From positions 8,932 through 72,931 of the forward strand of contig JAUCBJ010004773.1 in the NCBI GenBank assembly GCA_032718475.1: a stretch of 64,000 nucleotides of DNA, written 5' to 3'. Every line of letters begins with the position of its first letter. The stretch's first letter is position 1. This DNA comes from Nemertoderma westbladi. Its lineage: Eukaryota; Animalia; Xenacoelomorpha. The position numbers were made by a program, and so were the translations under genes. Shown piece by piece: positions 52,501 to 62,316 of the stretch. The notes below the pieces were generated by a model. The model searched no databases. It was not told where the DNA came from and worked only from the letters and a program-made list of their open reading frames with translations.

Positions 52501-55500
52501 CGTCAGTTGGGCTTCCCAGTCCCTCCATTGCTCAGCTAACTTTTCTGGGATGGGATCGTCCCATTCCAGTCCGGCTTGCCAAATGCTGCGGAGTATGATC
52601 CTAGCATGTAGGATCACTGGACTAATGAAACACAATGGGTCATACAATCGACTCATGGTCGATAAGCAAGTCCTCTTAGTGAGAGGTCTAGTCTGGTTGT
52701 TGGACCTTACACGTACCCTAAAATTGTCGGTGTTAGGGTCCCAACTAAGTCCTAATACTTTGGTCGTCGGCAGAGGTTCTAGGTCTAAGTCTAAGTCACC
52801 TCCACTGCGATCCGTCGGGTCAAATGAGTTCACCAGTTCGGGTTCGTTGGAAGCGAACTTCGTCAAGTGAAATCCGCCCTCAGCGAGACAATCCTGGAGT
52901 TGGTGTGCTACAGTTGTAGCGCGCTCCAAGGTGTCACAACTCTTGAGGCCGTCATCCACGTAGAAATCTCATTCCACTGTCCGAACTACTTCTGGGTCAA
53001 ATTGGTCTCGTCTGTCCAATGCGGTCTGCTTTAAGGCGTACATGGTGCAGTTGGGGCTGTCCCTGGCTCCAAATACTCTTACCTGCATTTGGTAAGTTTC
53101 TGGCGGAAGTTCTAAGTTTCCGTCCGGATACCAAAGAAACCTCAAGCTGTCCCTGTCCCGCTCCAAAGCCTTAACCTGGTGAAACATGGCCTCTACGTCA
53201 CAGGTGAAAGCCACTTTGCGTTGTCTAAAACGCATTAGGACTCCCATGAGGTAATTGTTCATATTCGGCCCGTCCATCAGTTCGCTGTTCATAGACATCC
53301 CTTGGTAAAGCGCAGCGCAGTTGTTGACTACACGCACCTTGCCAGGTTTGTCCGGGTGTCGCACAAAATGATGTGGCAGGTAATATGTCTGGTCTGTGGT
53401 TACCTCGGGATTTAACATCCTAATGGCGTATCCCTTTTGGAGATACGTCTGAAGTTGTGCATTGTATTGCATATGGGCCGTCTCGTCTCGCAACAATCGC
53501 TGCCTTATTGATTTGAGTCGCCTCAAAGCAAGCGGGTAATTGTTAACGAGTTTAGGTTGTCCATTGCGCCACCACATACCAACCTCATAGTGGCCATTCG
53601 CGGTCTGGCGAATGGTATCTCTCATAATATTTAATGACCGTTTTTCCTGTTCTGACATAGCGGTCTCGTAACTACCGGGTTCTGCTGAGTCCTGTTCCAA
53701 CCATTGAATGGTCCGTTCAGTCAGCAGTCGGTCAAGCGCTGCTTGCACTGCGCCATGGTCCTCGTCCACGTCTTCGTTCGCTGCGGTGGCTAGTGTCAAT
53801 GCATCTGGTAGGCTCGCAAGCCTTCCGGTGTCACTAGTCGGCGTCGAATTGTCGTGCGGCGGTTTGACAACTTCTTGATCTATCGATAGGCTTGCAAGCC
53901 TTCCAAGATCAATGACCGGTGTCGAAGCCTGGTGGGTGGGGTCAATGACCTTTGGATTTTTCGGTAGGCTCGCAAGCCTTCCAAAATCCTCGTTCATCGA
54001 GTCATCCACAGCAACAACCCTTTGGTCTTCGGTAGTCAATACAACCTGGTTTACTGCAAGTAGTTGTAAGTCAGAGGTCCGTGTGGTCGTGTCCAGATCA
54101 GTTACGTCAGTATCGGTGGCGTCTGCGTTAGCGACGCAAGTCTGTCGTAGTGCCGTCCGTACAATTGGACCACGGGAGTGTGAAGGAGAGTTATCTATCG
54201 TAGTAGTCAATAAACTACACGTACTCAAAACGTCGTCCTCCTGGTCACTTACCTCTAGTGAACGTATTGGTGCTCTAGTATACCAACCTATGGGAGTTCT
54301 ACATGCGTAGGGGTTGCCCGCTGTAATAACAGATGGGCGTGTCTCCCATACCTGATGTAGGTTAAACTGGTCTGTCCCAATTAACATCGCAATGGAACGA
54401 TAATTAACAGGACATTCCGGTATTCCAAGGTGTCGGAAATACTTACGATCTTCCGGTGATTGCTCTGGCACAGGGCCGAGCAAGTTACTAAAGTCCTTCG
54501 TAGCTGCAAAGGTCAAATTTCTTACCGGAAGTAATGAGCGCTCCTCCTTGCTGTGTTCCGCTTTGGAAAGAAGAGTGTCTAAGGTTAGTTTTACTCTTGT
54601 CACAGGGATCGCTCTCTTACCATGCATGCTGCTTACAGTATACTGAGCAGTCTTACCTTGACTCATGTCCGTAACCACGTCGGCTACTTGTTCGTCGACA
54701 TAACTGTGTGATGACGCAGAGTCTAAGATAGCGTATATATGCTTGCTCCCTCGGGTTCCGGTAATCTTTATAGGAATCAAGCTAAACCCGTTCAATTGGT
54801 TCTGTGTGAGGAGCGTTACCGATGGTTGTTCCTCACCTGCATGCACGTAGAAAGTGTCGTCTTCCTCCTCGTCCTCGTCCGATGATCCTGACTGATCCAT
54901 ACAGTCCGTGTAAAACGTACGGATCTCGCGCGGCGCACGCTCTTTATATAATGCGTCGCATCTAGCCGCTTTATCTGGATGCTCTCGTCGAAAGCGTTTG
55001 GTCGGAGTATGACTGGTGGTGTGGAGTAACGCGTCATGGTTACGTCTACACTGAGGACATGTATCGTCGCTAGGGCAATCCTTCCGGACGTGTCCTGGCT
55101 TCATACATCTCCAGCAGGAATCTAATGATCGAATTTGGAGTCTTCTCTCTTCGATTCCTAACTCTTTAAAAGCGCGACATCCACGAAGTTTATGTCTGCT
55201 GTAGTTTCTGCCGTTCCGCTCGAAGTATGAGCATCCCACAAAGTCCGCCGGCAACTGTTGTCGTGGCTGCGTGGTGCTGATAGGCGTCAGAACTTTAGAA
55301 GTCTCGGTAGGGGTGGCGTAGGTAACGGCTTTCGCGTTCGTCGGAGACGGTTTAGTCCGATTCGGCGCAGAAATAGCTATCCCTTCTGCCGCGATATGGT
55401 GATCGGTGTAATTCGATCGAGTCTCGATCACGGCCTCCCGCGAAATCAGTTGATAGACGTCGGTGAGTTTTAATAGCCCGCCGGCCTCTTCACGCTGGTA

Positions 55501-58391
55501 CTCGATGCGTCGCCATTCTTGTCGGAGTCGATGATGAAGTCGACCGATTATCCTGATGAGAACCGTCGGTGCATTAGCGTACTCGAGTTGTCCAATGGAC
55601 CGTAAAGTCCCTATAGCGTTCTTGATTTCGTCCGCGAGTCGTAGAAGATCAATCGGTTTCGAAATGCTGCCTCCTCTGCAGAGGTCTTCGATAATGGATT
55701 TAGCCATGGCGACGTTACCTCCGTAAATCGAATATAAACGGTCGTACGCCAACTCAAAGGCATCGGGAACACCAATGAAGGTTTCTGCTAATCGTTTCGG
55801 CTCACCAGACAGGACTTGGAGCAAGTAATTAAACTTCTCCGTCGAGGTGAAAGCACACTTAGCGATCTGGGACTCTACGTAGTCTACCAGTGTGCGCCAG
55901 TGTTTCGCGTTGCCAGAGAACTTCGGCGGTTGCTGTGCCGGTAATCCATGTCTAGCCGCGAATTTCGCAATCTCGCTAACCAAATCCAACTGTCCGCGTC
56001 CCTGTTCGGTGGCGTCGTCCAGTTGTTCCCTTCCACGTGTTGTTCGGCGGTAAGAATTATTAACGGGATCTTCTTCTCGATGTGTCGGAATCTGTCTAGT
56101 CTCCTGTTCTCGCCTTGGTAGTCGATGTTGTCTAGGTTGTTCTAACTCCACGCTGGTTCGTGATCGATCCGATGGTTGCGTTTCGAGTCGCTCTTCTATC
56201 TGAGCTAGTCAGTCCGTTACAGGTCGCATTATTTCGGCGAGTCTGTTGGTGCTGATCGCTTCCGCTGGTTGCAACGTGGGTTTCTGCAAAGGTGTTTCTC
56301 GTGGAGGATTATCGATGTAGGGGTTTGTCGATCGTTCTTCCCGTTTGTAATCCGCTGTCTCTGCCGCTCCAGTACGGAATATTTCCCGTTCCGTCGACTC
56401 CGAGTCACTGGATGAGTCGCTGTCATTCGGATAAGGTGGCTGGCGGTTTTGCGTCCGGCGTATTACTTTTGGTCTCGTTCGCTGAGGTCTAGAATCTACG
56501 GTTCTCCGTCGTTCGGTAGGCTTGCAAGCCTTCCATGAAGTCGTAGGTCTCGTTATACGTTGTTCGATCCTGTGGGTACTACCCACATCCATCCTCCTCC
56601 GTAGTTCGGTAGGCTCGCAAGCCTTCCACGAAGTCGTAGGTTGCGTCGAACATTGTGTCAAAGGTCGAGTGAAATAGTCGGGTTTCGTAGTCGGTCTATA
56701 AATAACTGGGTTCGCACAGCACATCACAGGTTTAACTTGTAATGGTTTACTCACCTGTTTAATTGTCATAAACGCAGGTTCCTCTCTTCCTACAAGTAGA
56801 CTACGACTTACTGTAGGTGGACTAGTTATGTTACCTGCTAAAATTGGCGATGAAGTCGCCCTAGGTTGTGGTATTTCCGTCACAACAAACCTGTTGCCTT
56901 GCGTGGAACGCACAGGCGTTATTTCCTTAGGTTTCGTAACAAAGACCGGTTTTATCGAAGTCGTGGGTTTGAGCATAGGAATAACTTGGGAAAACGTTTA
57001 CAGTAATCCTCGACGAACTCCTCTCCTCGATCTATCGCTCCCACACTTCCTTCTTCGATTCGCTTCTGAATTCCGCGATATCGAGCTTCCATGCGATCCA
57101 GGGCAGACAAGTCGTGTCCAGCTCGCGATCTTATAGATCTATCTCTCGCGTCGAGTTCAAGGTCCGCTTGCGCGTTCGCTGCCTCGCGCGATCTACGATT
57201 CAGCTCGAACTGTAGTCGCATCTCCCTTTCGCGTCGATCCGCTACTTGTTGTTGTGCCGCTAACTCCGCTTCCTGTATAGCTAAACGAGTGTTTATTTGT
57301 CGCGCCTCCAACTTGGCGCGAGCGTCGGATGCTGCTTTCTTCTGTGCTAATTCGTCGGCTGCCGCCGCCGTGGCTGCTTCTTGCGCTAAGTCTTCCTCCA
57401 GTCTCCTCATCTCTGAGGATTCTAATTCGGCTTGCGCCTTGAGTTGCGCAATTCTCGCCTCATCCTCTCTATGTTGTTTCTCTCCCTCAATGGCGATCTG
57501 TGCCATCCTCTGTTGCGCTTATTCCTCGACGACTTGTTGTCGGCGTGCAACCTCCTGCTGTTGTCGAGTAATTACAGACGCTGTTCTACTCACGTCGCCA
57601 ACGTCACTCCGTACACTAATGAACGATCTATCCAGTGGTGGAATTTGGTAGGCTCGCGAGCTTTCCGTAGTAAGAACTTCCGTCATCCCTCGCGGTTCGA
57701 CTTCCGGTTCTTCGATCGGTACGCCGCTTCTACGAAGAAAATTGGTGAGCGTCTCTAACCTCCCGTCCAGTCAGTAGAGTTCTTCTTCCTCTTCGGGTTG
57801 TAACAACGCGTCCGAAACTGACTCACCTAGCAGTTGGTCGAACTGCTCCTGTTGAGCCAATCTTATTACTGACTTAAACTGAATAAGGCTTTCTCTCGCA
57901 CTTACCAACTTGTCTATTATCTTTACCTGAGTAAAGTTGTCGCCACGCAACTCTGCAAGTTCGTGTAAACCTTTCAGTTTATCTAGGGAGGCATGTACCC
58001 TACTTTCTATCCTTAACTGTAAGGTGTAGAACTCGTATCTCGACATCGGGGCGGTTAACTCGCGTAAAACGCGAAAACCTTCTCCGAGGTTCCGAGTAAT
58101 CTGGGCCATGTGTCCTCCTATACTCCTAATAACGTTCTCCTGGCTTCCAGTCGAACTTACCATGTCCGGTTCCCGCGATCTGGTCTGCGGGATGGTAAGG
58201 AAATCTTCGATTATGCCGTCGCCACGCGTTGCGGCTTCCGGTATTTCCGTTCGGGGTACCGGCGACGCACATGGTGTGACATCGGTGGAATCTCGGGTTC
58301 TCCTTCTCGGTTCGTCTACTGTCGATCTGTCCGGGTCGCACGAGTCATAGTCGGTAGGTGGGTATCGAGTCGAATGGGGTGTGTCACGCAT
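49541..58391 (-). pseudogene. BEL/Pao gag-pol polyprotein (about 2950 codons) disrupted by four in-frame stops and two frameshifts
   Basis: Gag PPKFSG..EKFNYL, CWRCMKPGHVRKDC, CPQCRRNHDALLH; protease AILDSAS; RT YLPHH, DVEAMFHQV, FGARDSP, *DFYVDD; RNase H FSDAS, PRGELQA, NPADIASRG; integrase HHCC, GIDCFGP, DQGTNF, GGVWERL, LTPAHLL. Confidence 0.93.
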
Positions 58392-59427
58392 GTCTTATTA
58401 TATACGTCAAGTACGGGTAATAAAATGTCAAAGTATCTGAATGTTGAAATGTCAAACTTACCTTGGTATATATAGTATATATATACCCTAACCGGTACAA
58501 ATAAATCAACAAAGTCAGAATGTCGAAATGTCAAAATGTCGAAATGTCGAAATGTCCAAATGTCAAACTTACCTTGATATATATATATATCATATATATA
58601 CCCTAACTGGTACAAATAAATCTAACAAAGTATATAATAAAATAAGTAATAATCTAGCCTACCGGCTAAATTTGTACGAATAAATGAGATAACGGTATAC
58701 GTTACCAAAATGTAGATCAACAAGTACAAATAATAGGCAAAACAGCAACGTCTAACGGGAAAATAAGTACCAACAACACTACTAATAGACAGTGAAACCC
58801 ACAAATTTTGAGTACTACTGTGCTTTCTTAAGTTTGAACGACACGAGTCATAAAACTTACGTTCCTTTGATCTTCCAGTCGTGCAAATTCCCAAATACAA
58901 ACCGGATGTGGGTCATTCCGTTATTCGGCGGCGCGGACGAATTTATTGTCTCCCAAACATTGCGAAAAGCGGTCTAATCCTCGAAGCGGTCCAGAAATGA
59001 GTCCTTGAGTCCTGAAAAGTCGAAGGTGAGAGTTTTACTTCTACGCTACGAAAATTCTTCCTAGGTACCGATACAACTTGGTCTTTAAACCCTATGTACC
59101 TTTTCAAGTACCAAATTGTAACACCGCACACACACGGCATAAAACAAATGCTACAAACTAACTATTAGCTAGTCAAATATTAAATACGAAAGTACTAGCT
59201 ACCCTAAAAGCCTACTGAAGCAGGGGACGTTCTACAAATTACTAAATTTACTAACCTTAAATTTTAAATATCTCCTACTTTCAATAGCTAACAATATTTA
59301 TCTACCGTTTGCAAATCGCAACTTGCAAACTAAATAATAAATATACCTCACTGTAAAGTGCGCACGCACTTTACAGAGCGTACATATCTAAACAATACTA
59401 TACACTAATTTATATAGTATGTCTCAC

Positions 59428-61653
59428 TGTAAAGTCCTCTACGGTGGGGGCTATCGTACGGCCTACAAGTCTACTAATATGAAGCTATAGAATATCTCTA
59501 ACCGTGGAGTCCAGTAGTATACCGCTTACCAGATCCTAGTAACGATGTATCTTACTATGAGACTCTAGTAATGAAACGGGCTCGTACAGTATCTGACAAC
59601 AAATCCCAGTCCAGGATATCTAAACAAACAGATACAATACACAAACTACTACTGGCGAGGAGCAGAGCCTGATGTCTATTCTATGTACGTGAGCGGGTCT
59701 AATGCCTACGTACTAGACAAAAGGATACCTGTCCTCTAACCGGTATGGCAGATGTACAGTTACAGTAACAGACCAAACTCACGGGAAAACAATCCCCGCG
59801 CAGCGAATCCTAACTATCGCTGACAGTCCTAAATACCGTAACTTGCCGCGGTGTGATTTATAAGGTTTATATACGAGCTAGGTGGGTTACAGCCCTAGCG
59901 TTACAATACTGATCTCCCTGTCTGAATCAGTCTAAAAAAGGTCGTGCCTAATGTAACAATACTGCTGAGCAGAAAACAACAGTTTAATAACGAAAATGAA
60001 ATACTCCCTTTGCCGTAACTAAATATCAGATCCTAATTTACAAATACAGATAAATTCTGCCTAAAGTAATATAAAGTGCTCTATAACTAGTAGAACTCTA
60101 AGGGTAAATATGTTTTAGGGCGTGTGTGTGTGGGTGTGTTACAATAAAACAATTTTGGTGTATATATTTTCACTAGGTTTTAGTAATTTTCTGACCGAAA
60201 CGATACCGTGCGCTAGCTACTAAAATAAACTAGTCGCGTTTTGTAGAACTTTATACTTACAAATGACGTCAAAGCTCTCTCCTTCTTATCCACAACTCAA
60301 ATGGGCAACCACGGTGTTAGTAACTACACCCGTGATCGGCACAAATACCAGATTCTGGTTGTAAGATAAGAAATAGGGGTTAATCGCTACCGTACGTTAG
60401 CTGATCTGGTATACAAATTTGATTCTAGAACTTTGTTGCCGCGGTAGTTAGCAGCAAATACCTATCAGTACGTGGCAAGGCGCGGTAGTATATTAATAAA
60501 ACCTCCCTAGGCCAAGCGGTGTGCCGGTAGCAGAAATACTCCTTGCCTGATCAAATAACTAACTTCAGGCAGGGGGGTATGTTCTACAAAGCGAACCGGT
60601 ACCAAACAGTCAGTGCTAACAAATCACTAAATTATGGAACGTATGCTGTCCGTACCTAATATGTACTTGCGCACTGACGAACGGCAATAGTTTGCACCCG
60701 TAAGACATACAGGTAACCCAGGGATTTGCAGGACTGACAAAGGGATTCTGCCTAAATATAATTATTTGATCCTAAATTTTGCGGCGTCCAGGACGGCGTC
60801 ACGCTTACCCTGATCTATAGGTCTTACGGCGGGCAAGGGCGTCGAACAAAGTCTTACCTTCCTCGGAAGTCGGGCGCTGCATGGCAAGTTGAGTATTTCG
60901 TTGGGCGAAGGGGGTGCGCGGTCAAATCTAATGTGGGCGCTAGCGTGTTGTGGACATCTTTCCCCTGCGTTGCTGACGGCCTAACGGTCTAGGCTGCCAT
61001 CTTCCCGATGTTTGGCTGTCCCAAAGTTGGACCAAAAGAAAACATGTTCAGGAGTTTGCAGTGTATTTACAGTTTAGCAAAGATTTATCAAACAGAATTA
61101 CAAATAGTTTCAACAAGAAACCAACAAAGTATAACGAAATGATTAGTGCAAGAGTGTAAGTATTGTGGAAGTACAATTGTGATAACCGAAGGCAAACCAG
61201 CCCTTTATATACTAAATCTGGGACATAGAATTCACTAGAACCTTCGAGAGTATTCGATGGCCTCACATTGGAGCAATAAGATATTCCATGACTAGAACCT
61301 TCGAGAGTATTCGATGGCCTCACATTGGAGCAATAAGATATTCCATGCCTTATGATTGGCCTAACTCATCGTTCGATACGTTGTACGCACCTCATTGGCT
61401 TACCAATTTGTACCAAATGAAAATAAATGGCCCCAAAATACAAATTTCCCGACCAAGATTCGAACTCGTAACCTATGTAATGCAACCAACGCCTTAACCA
61501 TCTGACCACTACGCCACGAGAGTAACTAGGGGTTTTATGTATACAAATATGAATAGGCATATTACATTACTGTAACTTAATCAAAGTGCGTCGGATTTTC
61601 GAAAGTTTTTACGTTATACTACAAATGCTATTCTATAGTGAAATAATTCATCA
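59428..61653 (-). repeat. 5' LTR (2226 bp) with an internal 57-bp tandem duplication at 61234-61347
   Basis: Direct repeat of 42188-44388. Confidence 0.95.
61446..61520 (-). ncRNA. tRNA-derived Pol III A/B-box cassette in the 5' LTR
   Basis: Same sequence as 44180-44254. Confidence 0.55.
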
Positions 61654-62316
61654 TCCCGCTTTCATATAGATCGATTGGGTGAAACATGACAACTAACGTA
61701 TTTTCTTAGAAATGACATCGCCACTAAAGTCTTATGAGAAAACCAACGTTAGCTCCTCTTTCCCAACCGCTCTGGATTGATAGTGAGAAAAGTTATTGAT
61801 GCTCCGGGCTCTGATAACCGCGATTATTTTTGAATGATGACCTGGTGTTAACAATGTGCTGCATGAATTGACCGGTATTTTACGAAGTGCTTGCCCCTTG
61901 GCATTGGCGGATGGTAGGTGTACCGTGCCCGAACAGTATAGCTGGAACGTCGTACTGCTCGGTACACCTGCTTCCCGTCAATAGTCAGTACGCGGAATAT
62001 ATAGTAAATTACTTTATATTTATTTATTTGTATTCTTATTCAACACTTATTCGCCGGGGTATACAAATCAAATTAATACAATATACGGAAACTTCCGCTT
62101 TAATTCTCTAAAAAAGGCAATTTTTATGAATAAAGTATATATTTACTTCAGGGCTTGGCAAGGAGTATTTTATATGATTATGGTGTAACTTTAGTAGTTT
62201 TTATGATTATGGTTAATATGGTTTTGCGAATTGTTATTCAAAATGTCCTGATATTTTTGGATCAATAGTTTGAGAAACCGACTCCTTTATTTTTATATTG
62301 TTTATTTACTTTACAG

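Larger units (their letters stand above)
42188..61653 (-). mobile_element. Full-length giant BEL/Pao LTR retrotransposon (19,466 bp), antisense in PIGN intron 4
   Basis: Near-identical LTRs 42188-44388 and 59428-61653 with TG...CA ends; 5-bp TSD TCCCG (42183-42187, 61654-61658); BEL-type gag-PR-RT-RH-IN order. Confidence 0.95.

Noticed and set aside
52969-57773. Programmed TGA readthrough or an alternative genetic code in gag-pol
   Set aside because: Stops are of mixed types and accompanied by frameshifts; mutation is the simpler explanation.
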